Under the pieces are notes generated by a model. The model had not been told where the DNA came from, did no database searches, and worked only from the letters and a program-made list of their open reading frames with translations. Source: Octopus vulgaris (taxonomy: Eukaryota). Taken from it: a stretch of 64,000 bases of DNA. Position numbers and translations under genes: made by a program. Positions 24,940 through 38,125 of the stretch are shown in pieces (positions within the stretch are counted from its first letter, which is position 1; each line of letters opens with the position of its first letter). The stretch covers positions 28,396,001 to 28,460,000 of the forward strand of contig OX597817.1 in the NCBI GenBank assembly GCA_951406725.2, given 5' to 3'.

Positions 24940-27900
24940 TTAGGAAGATGGATACGTTAGGAGTTCAGAACTTACCCGAAAAACTTGCACAAACCTTGCT
25001 GGCCATCGAACTGTTCTTCCTGATTTGGTGTGTCGGGGTTGTGCAGAATCTGTGGTGTTCGCTGGAGTTGCCGAGTCTGTTTGAGGAAAAGAGGGGACTG
25101 AATGTAAGTCCTCCTCGATGAAAGCTTTTTTAAACGATCAATCGAGACCGTATTTCGTTTACCTCCAATATCGAGGACGAAATACTTGGGTTCTCTTTTG
25201 ATGACCTTGTAGGGCCCGGAATATGGTGGTCGAAGTTGAGAGGGTATCCCATCATTCCTCACGAAGACATGAGTCCATGTGTTGATATCTTTTGGGACAC
25301 GTGAAACGACGTTCTGTTGTCTGGGGCCTGAGGGTGATACTTGCGACATGGATGTTCGTAATCGGTGCACATATTGTTGTGGGTCAGGGAAGTTTTGTGA
25401 AACAGGTTCGATCATCTGCCCAGGTAAGGTGAGTGTTGTGCCATAAACGAGTTCGGCCGGAGTATATCCCAGTTCTTCCTTAATCGTGGATCGAATTCCA
25501 AGGAGGATGAGAGGGAGATGTTCCAACCAGTGAGAACTGTCTGGAGCTGCTTTTATAGATGCCTTGAGTTGGCGGTGAAAGCGTTCCACCATGCCATTTG
25601 CTGCAGGGTGGTAAGCTGTAGTGCGGGTGTGTTTACACCCGAGGAGACGAGTCAGCTCGGTGAAAAGGTGGGAATCGAACTGACGTCCTCTGTCGGTGGT
25701 AATTGTTGCGGGTGTGCCAAAACGCGAAACCCATTGTGATATCAGTGTTTTAGCGACCGTTTCTGCTGATATATCAGATAGAGGCCAGGCTTCGGGCCAT
25801 CGCGAGAACCTATCTACGCAAGTTAGCAAATATGAATAGTTCTGCGAAGGTGGCAGGGGTCCAACGATATCAATGTGAACGTGCTGAAATCGTGCATCGG
25901 GCTGCGAAAATGAACCGATTGGTGATTTTATGTGCCGGTGGATTTTCGCTTTTTGGCACGCAACACAGCACTTGGTCCATTCTCTGATATCCTTGTTGAT
26001 ACTGGTCCACACAAAACGGGTCGATATTAGCTTTTGAGTGGAGCGAATACCAGGATGTGACAGAGAATGTAGAGCGGAGAAAACTTCTCGACGATATTTC
26101 TGTGGTACATAAGGGCGTTGGTAACCAGTGGAAATATCACACCAAATATGGGCTGTGGATGATGGTAGTGGAACATGCTGAAATTTCAGAGATGACGAAT
26201 TCCGGAGCTTTAGAAGTTCTTCGTCATTCTCCTGGTCAGCTGCTATACGTGCCAGATCAATTGTAGACGTGGTGTGGATAGCATTGATCTGCGCACGTGA
26301 AAGTGCATCGGCTGCCACGTTGGTCGTCCCTTTGATGTGGCGTATATCCGTCGTGTACTGCGATATGAAGTCGAGGTGACGAATTTCTCTCGGCGAATGG
26401 CGATCCGGTTTGGTGTTAAATGCGTATACTAATGGCTTGTGGTCGGTATATATGGCAAAATTGGTACCTTCTAGCATATGACGGAAATGCTTAACGGCCA
26501 GGTATGCCGCCAATAATTCCCGACTGAATGTGCTGTATTTGGTTTCCGCGGGTTTTAACCGCTTAGAAAAGAAAGACAACGGTTGCCATATACCGTCAAC
26601 AAGCTGTTGTAGCACACCTCCGATTCCGGAATCGGATGCATCAACGAGTAAACATCGTGGGGCGTCTGGTTTTGGATAAACCAACATGGTAGCGCTAGAT
26701 AACGCTTTTTTCAGGGCAGCGAAAGAAACGAGTTGATCTTCGGTCAGAGCTATATCTGCATTTTTGCCGGTTCGCTGACGTAGCAAATCCGTGAGCGGTT
26801 GCGCTATTTCAGCGAGGTGGGGCACGAACCGTCGATAGAAATTCGCTAGACCGAGATATTCCCTTAATTTGCGGAGAGATGTGGGTGGTGGAAAATCCAC
26901 GATGGCCTTGACTTTCTCGGGAAGGGGACGAATTCCATTTTTATCGACTATATGGCCGAGAAAATGAAGGGAAGCAACTCCGAACAAACATTTAGTAGGG
27001 TTGATAACAATTCCGAATTTACGTAAACGTTCGAATAGCAGGTGAAGGTGTTGATTATGCTCTTCGTCCGAGTTACTGGCCACGAGTATGTCGTCTATGT
27101 AGGCATAGACGAAAGGCAAACCTCTAGTCACCATGTCGATAAACCTTTGGAATGTCTGTGCCGCGTTTCGTAAACCGAAAGGCATACGCAGGAATTCAAA
27201 CATTCCGAAAGGTGTAGTCACTGCTGTCTTTGAGATGTCTGCAGGTTCGACTGGGATTTGGTTGTATGCTCGCACCAGGTCGATTTTGAAAAGATGCGAG
27301 CTCCATGCAGCGAGCTTGAAAAGTCCTGAAGAAAAGGCACCGGATAGGCATCACTGATAGTGCTTTTATTCAGTGATCGATAATCGCCGCAAACCCGCCA
27401 ATCGGTCGATGATTTTTTTGGGACGCAGTGTATCGGCGAGGACCAGTTGCTGCTGGAAACGCGGATGATTCCGAGGTCGAGCATGTGCTGGAATTCCCGC
27501 TTGACGGCCTGGAGACGATCAGGTGGTAACCTTCTGGGCCTTGCAGCAACAGGTGGACCGCTGGTTTTGATGTGGTGGGTAACGTCGTGCTTTATCGGCT
27601 GGTTATGAAAAACTGGCCGGGCGACATCTGGATAATCATTCAGGATGGAACTGTGACGAGTCGTTGTCGTAAGCATTACAGTTGGGCTGACTGTGTCCAT
27701 TCGAGCGGCTATACCGCGCACAGTAAGCTTGGTGGTGGTGTCGACAAGTCGTCTGTTCTTTATGTCTACCAGGAGACCGAAATGATGCAGGAAATCGGCT
27801 CCTAAGATAGGGGTCGGCAGTTTAGCGACGACGAATACCCACTGAAATGTGCGGCGTAGTCCTATGTTTAATGTTAGGGACTGTTCACCGTAGGTTGGAA

Positions 27901-28105
27901 TGGGTGAATGGTTGACTGCCTGAAGACAGACTGATGTCTCTTTTCTTTTTCCAGAAGTGTTGGAGACTGGTATGATGCTGACTTCCGCACCTGTGTCAAC
28001 CAGGAAACGCGTGCCTGTTACACGATCGCAAACGAAAAACAGGCGACTGTGTGGGTGCGAACCAGGAACTTCCGTCGCGTTCAATTCCTGGCTGTGCCGT
28101 TTCCC
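24940..28105 (-). CDS. pol: Pol polyprotein (aspartic protease, RT, RNase H, integrase), broken by two 1-nt homopolymer frameshifts
   Basis: LVDTGA protease; YIDD RT; VDASD/RELLA RNase H; HSLSH..CVAC and DDE integrase; frame shifts at about 27285 (SK/IDLVRAY) and about 25128 ([22 protein letters not shown], stop at 24940-24942). Confidence 0.92.
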
Positions 28106-28498
28106 GAACTGGGTGAGGAAAACGAGCACGGCACCGTACATTTTTGTGCCCGTGCTCCGAATGTTCGGTGGTACCAACACGTGTCATGTGAACTCCGGGT
28201 AGCACTAGGGCTTCGGGACCGTCTGCCATCTCGTCGAGATCGGCTGGTGCTTCGACGCTGGGGACTAAACTTTAGGGCTTGTATTTGGGCTGTGAGAATT
28301 TGTATTTGCGCAGCTTGCTGCGTCATTAATGCACGCAAATCCGAAATCTCTGAAGAACTGGTTTGTGCACGGAAAGGATTGGTACTGGGAGAGGCTGGCG
28401 TCACCGTCGATACCGTTGGATATCTGTGCGGTACTTCGGCTATTTTGTCAGCTAGCTCCGCCAGTTCTTCAAGGGATGTGTTTTCTCTGGTGGACGCG
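28081..28498 (-). CDS. gag: Gag C-terminal half (N-terminus deleted)
   Basis: VLASTRENTSLEELAELADKI and CWYHRTFGARAQKCTVPCSF zinc-knuckle-like motif. Confidence 0.88.
28099..28105 (-). promoter_or_regulatory. -1 ribosomal frameshift slippery site G GGA AAC
   Basis: X XXY YYZ in gag phase; -1 frame is the protease ORF; stem-loop starts 5 nt downstream. Confidence 0.8.
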
Positions 28499-28610
28499 AG
28501 AACAAAGAGATTCTGATTTCGCGCCTTTTTGTGCATTGGTATTTTACGACCAATGATTCTTGGGTCTGATTTCGAATCCAAGCTTTGAGAAGGAAGTGCT
28601 AATTCTTACA
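28499..28610 (-). repeat. Truncated 5' LTR (112 bp)
   Basis: Identical by eye to 24256-24367. Confidence 0.93.
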
Positions 28611-29520
28611 CACGCATAAACACAAAAACCTGTCAAACATGCTCTCTCTTTTTCTAATATATATACATATATATACATATATAGCTTTTTCTCTCTCTAT
28701 CTATCTATCTAGCTAGCTATCTCTATTGCTTTATCTATCAATCTATTTTCCCCCCACCTCTCTGTCTCTCTCTTTCTCTCTTTCTGTTAACACGCACAAA
28801 TTCAGCTTCGACTTCGTGCCAAACAGCAAAATACGAATATAATCTTCTACTCTGTTCTTTCTGTATTTAGATGATGATTTTTACTGTATCAGAGTCTGTT
28901 TAGGAAATCTAAGCAAAAATTTATCTACAACATTCGAGGGTCTTTCTCAGTATTGGTTTATCATTTTTTTGTGGACATTACTCACTCTTAAAATACATTA
29001 TTATTTATTATACAGCTTTGTTTTTCGTCCTTTCAGACTCGGTAAAAAGTAAAATATCAGTCAAGAACTGGGGTTGATATAATCGACTAGCAAGCACCCT
29101 TTCCGAAATTTCAAGCCTTGTGCCTTTATTAAAAACAATAATTATTAAGAAAGCAACCTGACAAGAATCGCGTCGGATGAAATCGCGTCGGATGAAATCG
29201 TGTCGGATGAAATGGCGAACGGCATTTTTCTGGCTCTTTACGTTCTATGTTCAAATCCCGTCGAGACAAACTTGTTAGTCATCCTTTCATCGCAGTCATA
29301 ATAATTGTCAGATACTGAGGTTGATATAATCGAGAGGTTCTTCCCCCCACCTCTATTTCAGCCCTCACCCCTATTGCAGAAAGTACTATTACTATTTTTT
29401 TCTTTCTTCCAATTTTGTTTTCATTTCTTGCTGAGTGTCTTCCCGACACCTAGGGCAAAAAGCATATTATTGTTGTTGCTGTTGTTGTTGTTGTTGTTCT
29501 TGTTCTTCTTATTATTATTA

Positions 29521-29554
<34 letters not shown>

Positions 29555-29559
29555 CATCA

Positions 29560-29765
29560 AGGTGGTGAGCGAGCAAAATCGTTAGCATGCCGGGCAAAAT
29601 GCTTAGCGACATTTCGTCCATCTTTACGTTCTGAGTTCAAATTCCGCCATGGTTGACTTTACCTTTCAGCCTTTCGGTCGAGTATCGAGTTGAGTAGTGG
29701 GGTTGATGTAATCGACTATCCCCATCCCACCAAATTCCAGACCTTGTGCCTGTAGTAGAAAAGGC
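29560..29765 (+). mobile_element. SINE family B, diverged, tail type 2
   Basis: Head, body and CCTTGTGCCTGTAGTAGAAAAGG tail between (TTA)n tracts. Confidence 0.75.
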
Positions 29766-30050
29766 TATTATTATTATTACCTCTTTATCACAGGTTTTGT
29801 TAAAGCTCCTGGAGTCTTGCATGCGTAGCGGGCTTACTACCTGCAGCCTACGGCACCATGCTCTTCATTCTTTTCAGCTATCAAATACTTTCCTGATTAT
29901 TCTGGCCGTGCCAAGGAGGCAAACCTTTTGTAACGGTTCTACTGGGCACTCTGTTCTATTTTCCTTTATATTCTTCTTGATGCCTTCCGATACTGTTCCC
30001 AAGGATCCAACAATGATTGACACTATTTTTACCTTCATTTTTCATAGCCA
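29766..30050 (-). mobile_element. R4/Dong-like RLE non-LTR retrotransposon 3' fragment
   Basis: IVSIIVGSLGTV...LQKVCLLGTARIIRKVFDS*, ending in (TAA)n. Confidence 0.78.
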
Positions 30051-30339
30051 GGTTTTTGTAATTTCATTTGTCAAAAAAAAATCACTCGAAAATCATTGAC
30101 CGCGTATTTATAAGAAAAATCCGGAAATTAAGACGTTATAATATGTCAAACGAATTAAACAGCAAACGAAGAAATAGATAAAAAAAATTTACGTCCCTCT
30201 AACTGTCGATGTAGAAAAATCACAATTGAAAATGATGACATAACAGGGTATTTTTCAAATTCTACAGAACGTCTTCTTTCATAAAAACATTGAAATACGT
30301 TGTGACAGACGGACGGACAGAGAAACACGGCTGTTATTA

Positions 30340-30477
30340 TAATCTTTTCTACTCTAGGCACAAGGCCCAACATTTTGGGAGAGGGGCCAGTCAATTAGAT
30401 TGACCCAAGTACGCAACTGATACTTAATTTATCGACCCCGAAAGGATGAAAGGCAAAGTCAACCCCGGCGGAATTTA
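30340..30477 (-). mobile_element. SINE family B fragment, tail type 2
   Basis: Homology; ACGGCTGTTATTATAAT duplicated on both sides. Confidence 0.8.
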
Positions 30478-30904
30478 CGGCTGTTATTATAATATATAGA
30501 TTATGACCCTCTTGGCAGAATCGTAAGTGCGTCGGTCAAAATGCTTTGCGGCATTTCTTCCGGAATTTTACGTTTTGAGTTCAAATCTCGCTTTCGGGGT
30601 CGATGAGTCGATGTAATCGATTAACCATACTCCGCCAAACTTATTGCTTAGTTCTTAAATTAAAAGTATTTATAAGGACATTATCACTCAGTAAAAGCAC
30701 AAGAACGATCACTTGACTGCTGCGGAAAGCTAGAATCGTCTAGAGAATAAATCATGTTTATCGAGGAAGATTTCAGTGTTTTATTAAATAACAGCGTGAT
30801 ACCAATGATGAAATATGTACAGATGACGATTACCCAGACAAAATAGAAAGAAAGGAGAAAAAGAGAGAAAGAAAGAAAAGGAAGGTAATGTTGTGCATCG
30901 TGAG

Positions 30905-31290
30905 AGAGCCATTGCTCCATAGCTAAGAAGATCACTTCGCAAACCATGTGGTTTTGTTTCACTTCCACTGGGCGACAACTTGGGCGTGAGTAATTTATAT
31001 TTCTGGGCTGAACAAAGCTTTGTGGGTGAATTTGATAGACAGAAAGTGTAGAAGTCCGGCATACATGCATTCATATATATATATGTGAATCCCTTACCGC
31101 TTAACAACCTGTGTTCGTTTTTTTTTTTTATATTCGGTTTTATTTAACGCCCCTGTAACTTAGTGGTTCGATAAAAAAAATTCAGATGGAATAAATACAC
31201 AAGTGAAAATGACTATTGAAGTTGATTTGATCGACTAAACTCTTCGAGGTGGTGCCCTAGGACGGCTACATATCATCGACTGAACCAAAT
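30905..31290 (+). mobile_element. SINE family A, old copy
   Basis: Diverged homology. Confidence 0.65.
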
Positions 31291-32447
31291 TAAATTTGTA
31301 AAAAGAAAGTAGAATAACTTTTTCGTCATGAGCAGGAAAAGTTTAGTGTTTTGGACAAAACTGGTCATTTGGAGAGAGATAAAATGTTTACAGGTTTTGG
31401 AGGAAAGTAAATGTTTCATATCTCTCTCTTTCTGCCCGCTTCTCTCTCTCTCTCTCTCTCTCTCTCTGGTTTTCTGAGGTTTTATCCGAAACACTAGAAT
31501 TCGCATCTTTCTCACGACCTAAAATTTCTCCGAATCTTTGAACTCATTGTATAATGAACTCATTGAATACAGGAGCTTTTTGTCAAATAAACATGAAATG
31601 AATTTTAAAAAAACACTGAAGGAAAAAGAAAAAAAGAATGTAGCAAAATATCAAATAATCTGTTTGATATTACGGTATCAACCATTCAGTAAATAATATC
31701 CCTAGCGACTCTAGTTTAATCGTGACATTCATGTTTTTTTCCCCATGAGCATTAGCAAAACAAGTGAACTGAATATAGCTGTGACCAATAGCAAAATCGT
31801 GTTAGCAGACTCGTCTCGCCGAGGGGTTTAATCCCTTTATTCCGGAGCTATCATTTAACTTTGAATGAAGTGTGTGTGCGCATGTGACCAGAGAAACATC
31901 TTCAAACAAAATATTGGTTTCATTTCATGAAATAATGCAATGAGCGTTGCGTAACTTTTTAAGAGTCTGCATTTATTCTCTAAACGTGGCAAATTGAATC
32001 ATGGGAAATTTATTTCTTTATACTACTGATGTATATATTTCGCATCTCGGTAGTCTTTGTCTTGGTGAATACGTTCAAAATTGATAAATTAAGTTTAGTT
32101 TACTCATGAAATTTCAGTAAAGCATAAACGCAACTAATTTCCTAATCAACTTTCTGCCGTTTGAAAAGACCCAATAGCAAATTCCACCGCAGTAAAACAT
32201 TTCTCATATTATCTCCCATAAAATTGAATGACAGTTGACCGCAAGTTATCTTCTCTTAAGACCCGTTTTGTATATTTCGTTTTGTGTTGTTGTTATTAAG
32301 TCCTTCAGGCCGTTTCTGATTGAGTAAACCTATAATCAGAAGTATTTCAATCGTGACCATCATGTTCTATTAGTGCCATGTCTGTCTGGCCAGCAAACAG
32401 AGAGCAACTATGTACGCTGCATCACCAGTACCTTTGAATCCTTGTAT

Positions 32448-32872
32448 GGCGGAGATGTGACTGTGTAAGAAGAAGCTTACTTCCCAACTACATGGTTCAG
32501 GGTTCAGTTCCACTGCATGGCAACTTGGGCAAGTGGCTTCAACTATAGCCGCTCAAAGGCAGATCGGGGGGGGGGCGCTAAGGGGCACATGCTTCCCCTC
32601 AAGAAGTGCGCCCTTCTAAATAATGTTATTACGCCTTTTCTCCTGGAATTGTATTCCCATCTGACTTTGTGCTCACCCTTCGAAAAATTCCTGGGACTTG
32701 CCCTCGTCTCGAGCCGACTAAAGCCTTATGAATGGCAATTAAAAGAAGCCTGTTGTGTATATATGTGTGTGTGTGTGTGTTTGTCACCCTCCACGCTTGG
32801 CCACTGGTGCTGGTGTGTTTACGTACCCGTAATATAGCGGTTCGGCAAAAGACACCGATAGAATAAGAGCTA
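32448..32872 (+). mobile_element. SINE family A interrupted by an about 150-bp hAT-like MITE (about 32553-32704)
   Basis: SINE breaks at TATAGCC and resumes TCGAGCCGACTAAAGCC; insert has AGGCAGATC / GACTTGCCCT-like ends. Confidence 0.65.
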
Positions 32873-33097
32873 GGTGCCCCAGCAAATAAACCGCTTACTG
32901 GTCTTTACCATTCGGTACTCCAGTGAATACCTCACGTTATTATGTATAATTATTACAGGTTATGGAATCATAAATTCATATACAGCTGCAGACCAGCTCA
33001 AAGATGATACCAATGGTGTTGTATTGTTTGTTGACTATATGTGTACTTTCTTCTCCATATTGTACTGTTATTCTATATGTTAATATATGCATCACGC

Positions 33098-33152
<55 letters not shown>

Positions 33153-34207
33153 ATCTCTCCCTCTCTCTCTCACACACTCACAACTCTCGAGTCTATTGAT
33201 CCTTGGTATTATCTCCCCTTCTATTCGGATGTCGTGTCGTGTCGTGATGTACTGATCAAAAGGTCACGCTGCAGTCACTTTCTGTCCTTAATGGCTTTGA
33301 TCAGTTTATATACAATGCTACCAAAATTTGCATAAGAATGACATAACTGTTGTGATATTATGACACTCACTCCATCTACTGTTAGTTGTCGAAAGCGACC
33401 AGCGCTAATCTATATTGTTCTGCTTGTTCATGCGGTCTTCATGTTTTGTCCGTGTATCACGTTAAGAGTAGTAAATCGAATGGAAAAGGACATATTTAGA
33501 GAGTTATTGTTATTATCATATTGTTGTTATTTATTATCATTATTTCCTTCTTAGGTTTAAATACATATCAGTATTATGACAGCAGACAGATACATACGTT
33601 GGTAGAAGGGAAAGTATATGATAATTACTTAGACAAGCAGACGATAGATAGACAGACAGGGAAGTTGGTAAGACTACCGATATACCAATAGATATGCAGA
33701 TAAATAGATATGTTGATAAATATATAAATAAGTAGATAGTTGAACTGAAAAGAAATCTTGAATTTAAAAGTACAGTTTCGATTAAACGATGGGTTTTCAA
33801 AAGAATCTTTTGAAATTCCTTGCCTTGTGTTTGATATATTAAAATAATTTTTTCAAATATGTTGACTTACATCGCGGAATTTCCATGAGTCCTGCTAATT
33901 GCTATTATTCGTCAGTTGTCGGTGGTATAAGTAGTCTATTTATTTAGCAGCAGTCTCACTTCAGAATCAGTCGCATTTGTCACTAGGTGTTTGTTTACCT
34001 TCTCTCGAAGTTAAGATAATTTCAATAAGAGTCTGTATCTTATATGGTATTTAATATGCCTTCATTCAACTTTGTTTTTCAAATTCATGTCACTGGTCAC
34101 TTCAAGTTATTTCTCTTAGTTCGTTTTTTTTTTGTTTAACATGCATAAATATGTTTATATGCGGGCACACATACCTATATAACTCGTCAATAAATTTGTC
34201 GAGTGCT

Positions 34208-34424
34208 CTACTCTTTTACTTGTTTCAGTCATTTGACTACGGCCATGCTGGAGCACCGCCTTTAATCGAGCAACACGACCCCGGGACTTATTCTTTTGTA
34301 AGTCCAGTACTTATTCTATCGGTCTCTTTTGCCGAACCGCTAAGTAACGAGGACATAAACACACCAGCATCGGTTGTCAAGCAATGCTAGGGGGAACAAA
34401 CACAGACACACAAACACACACACG

Positions 34425-34460
<36 letters not shown>

Positions 34461-34582
34461 TACATATATACGACGGGCTTCTTTCAGTCTCCGTCTAACA
34501 AATCCACTCACAAAGCTTTGGTCGGCTCGAGGCTATTGTAGAAGACACTTGTCCAAGGTGCTACGCAGTGGGACTGAACCCG
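34208..34582 (-). mobile_element. SINE family A, 5' truncated
   Basis: Homology. Confidence 0.88.
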
Positions 34583-35348
34583 GATCTCTGCGATGCCTCA
34601 TATCGTTTGTACAATTTATAATGGTCGGTATAGCATGTCACGGCAACATTGACTTATCAATCAGTAAAGAATGTAAATACAACCAATGTGCAGTCATCTA
34701 CATTTCTCTGTATCATGAACTGATTTTATGATTTTCAACTATACTAATACTCTCCCTTTATTTTAGTTTTGTATTTTTTTTTCTTATGACAAATACATGT
34801 AAACTGTCAAAATGTAACACAAAAAAAAAAAAAAAAAAAAAACAGTTGCTGTGTACAAGTGTATACATATTTTTCCGCGAATTGCTTTGATTCAGAAAAT
34901 TAGCTTTGCGCATATTCCTGTTTTTGAACATATTTCCCTTTTTTTATGCTCCATGCATTTATTTCATTTTTTCTTATTGCAACATGCCTCGGTTTATGGG
35001 TGAATTTTCGGAGGACAATACAAAAGATTAGATTTGATATATGAATATGACGGGTGTGGTGAATCCTTGACCGAGAATTCAAATCTCTAAACGATAACGC
35101 GCTCTCATTTTATTTTCCTTTCGGTTTTCTTATTAACCAGTTGACTCATTTGTGAAATGAAAGCTTTCCCATTTGTGCCGAATTATCGTGGCACTAACGT
35201 TTCAGCGAAAATTTTGATATAAATCGACACGACAAGATAAGCTTTCAGTTTACAAAGCTTCTCAGAATGTATCTCCAAGGTTTAAAGACTGGGTTTATGT
35301 CGTGTACTTTTAACATTGGCCTTTCATTATAAGCGTTGTACATCAGTG

Positions 35349-35728
35349 TGGAGGCGCAATGGCCCAGTGGTTAGGGCAGCGGACTCGCGGTCGTAGGATC
35401 GCGGTTTCGATTCCCAGACCGGGCGTTGTGAGTGTTTATTGAGCGAAAACACCTAAAGCTCCACGAGGCTCCGGCAGGGATGGTGGTGATCCCAGCTGTA
35501 CTCTTTCACCACAACTTTCTCTCACTCTTACTTCCCGTTTCTGTTGTACCTGTATTTCAAAGGGCCGGCCTTGTCACTCTCTGTGTCACGCTGAATATCC
35601 CCGAGAACTACGTTAAGGGTACACGTGTCTGGAGTGCTCAGCCACTTACACGTTAATTTCACGAGCAGGCTGTTCCGTTGATCGGATCAACCGGAACCCT
35701 CATCGTCGTAACCGACGGAGTGCTTCCA
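35349..35728 (+). mobile_element. SINE family C-related, full length with TSD
   Basis: tRNA head TGGCCCAGTGG..GTTTCGATTCC; TGTACATCAGT on both sides. Confidence 0.9.
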
Positions 35729-36364
35729 CTGTACATCAGTACAATATTGTCACTCTCTCTGTCTGCCTTCTCTCTTTCTGTCTGTCTCTCTCTCTCTCCC
35801 CAAGAGGACATTCAACATAGTTCATAAATTGATTCACGAAGCACAAACTTTCGACTTACTGTTATAAGACACCTTTGTGTTTTGATCTTTTCTGCTAGTT
35901 TTCTCCCTAATTTCAGTGTTATCTTTCGAACATTTCCTTTCTCAAATCGCTTTTCTTCAAATTATGAGCAATAAAGCGGTAAACCAGGTCATATTTCTGA
36001 ATAAACGGTAGGTGGCGTGGTGCATTCATTTAAATCTGAAATAATTTACAATAAAAAAAAAAAAACTAAAATTAAATGAATTCAGAAAACCAATAAAACT
36101 AGATATTAGTTAAAGTCAGCTTTAGTCTGTTTTGAATTCTGATATTGCGGGTTTGCTTTTGCTTTTCATTCTTTTACAAGTTGATAACATTGGTAACAAG
36201 TATGGTCTGAAGTCACTTCAATCAATTAGTAGCCCGCTCTCAAAATGTCTAGCCTTTCTGCCAATGTAAAAATGATTATTATTATTATTATTGTTATCAT
36301 TATTATCATTATTATTATTATTATTATTATTATGAATATTATTATGAATATTCTTCTTATTATT

Positions 36365-36630
36365 GCTTTCAAATACACTGAACAGATTAGACTGCTGGAA
36401 AAGCAAAAAAAGCTTAACATCGGGCTACAACGAGTAACCTTAGATGCCAGAACCCTCCTAACTATCCCAGCTGTTCCTAATAACAATTGTTTTCTGGAGC
36501 TGTACTAGACTGAGTTTTATGACTGTTTCCTCTATCCATCTATTCAGATCTTTAGGGATAGTTCCTAATGCACTTATAACTACTGGGATACATTTTACCC
36601 GCTCTTTCCATAGTCTGTGTAATTCAATAG
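36365..36630 (-). mobile_element. R4/Dong-like RLE non-LTR 3' fragment
   Basis: IPVVISALGTIPKDL...LQKQLLLGTAGIVRRVLAS followed by (TAA)n. Confidence 0.78.
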
Positions 36631-38125
36631 CTAAGTACCAGTTGCGTACGGGATCGATCTAATCAACCACCCCGCTCTCCCAAGATTTCGGGCATTGTAC
36701 CTAGAGTAGAAAAATTCTTCTTCTTCTTATTATTATTATTAACAATTCATTGTCATTTTATTTTTTACGGGGAACACCATGAATTTTGAGACAAAGGTAG
36801 TCAAGCATTCTACTTGCCCATTTTTCACTCTATCCTGTGGGCAAAAATATAGTCTTTTCAATACAATTATGTCACATGTCCATTTCGGTTAAAACTTCGA
36901 CACTGGTAGTAATTCAAGAAAAACTAACTTCATGAGAGTAATTTTATTCGATGACAATTCTGTGTGTTAATGTTTATAACGGTGGTTGTCGTTGTTGTCA
37001 AAAATGTTTTTAGAATGTCCGCAAAACATTTTTTTACGCCTGAAAACGTAAAATTTTTCATGATTGAGATTTATTTGCAAACCAGGTTTGTTCTTTTTTT
37101 TGGTTTCACAATGGCAGAATTTGCATTTTTTAAATTTTGCCTTGCCCTTGCTCTCTGTCAAATGTCAAATAACATCAAGCCATGCCTTGTAAAAACCCTT
37201 TAAACGACATAAGTATTAATCTAATTTCTGGAATAAATACCCCATAAAAGGTGGTAATCTCTGAGCTAACAGCAAGAGCGAAAAAAAAAAAAAAAAAGTT
37301 CGTTCGAGCAAGCAACCATGTTCCCTCTATTATTTTCTATGACTGGATTTGCGCAGAATATTGCTTGTTTTCCTTTGCAGAGAAATCATCTTAAAAAAAA
37401 AAAAAATCAAGGATTTTCTCTTGAAAACCTTATGTGTACTTATTATTTTCCTCTGTGTACTAGTTGTATAACGCGTGCAGGCGTAAACAAGCATAAAGCA
37501 TAAAGAGATCATTGTTGACAGCCAACGAAATCAGAACAGGTTGTGTTTTAATTTGATTAAATTAACCGTATCTCTACTCCTAAACGTTTGTTGACACACT
37601 ACAATGTAAGAATAGACCATTATTTTACACACACACATACACATGATGAAAGTGTGGACGACCACTCAAGCCAAAGACCTCAAAATATCATTCTGACGTA
37701 TTGCTGTGTAGAAACGATGTTCAACGATGCGCGCGCATGTCTATACGTCATAATACGAAGCAAGAATTTTCTGGTTGGTAGTGATTGTCAAACTGGTATG
37801 TTTTTGTTTTGGAATGTTTTGGATTTTACACGTACACGTCAACGAGAACCAAGGACAGTATTGTCAAGAGGTAAAGACCAAATCATTTTTTAAACTAGAA
37901 CTCCACTATTTCATTGATATTATAAAAATAGGATCACGCTTGGTCGTACCGTATAAGAGACAGTCGCACGCGATCCCATTCTTAATAATTTATTTACTGA
38001 CTATATAATACATGCAGCGGCAATATACATAAGTTTGTAATGACAACAAGATTTCTTTTTAAGATATATACATTATCTATTTTACATATTTTACAATCAT
38101 GTGGATTCTAAGAGTTCGTAAGCGT

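Larger units (their letters stand above)
23784..28610 (-). mobile_element. Ty3/Gypsy LTR retrotransposon with 5' internal deletion
   Basis: CACG TSD at 23780-23783 and 28611-28614; TG...CA termini; domain order gag-PR-RT-RH-IN. Confidence 0.95.
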
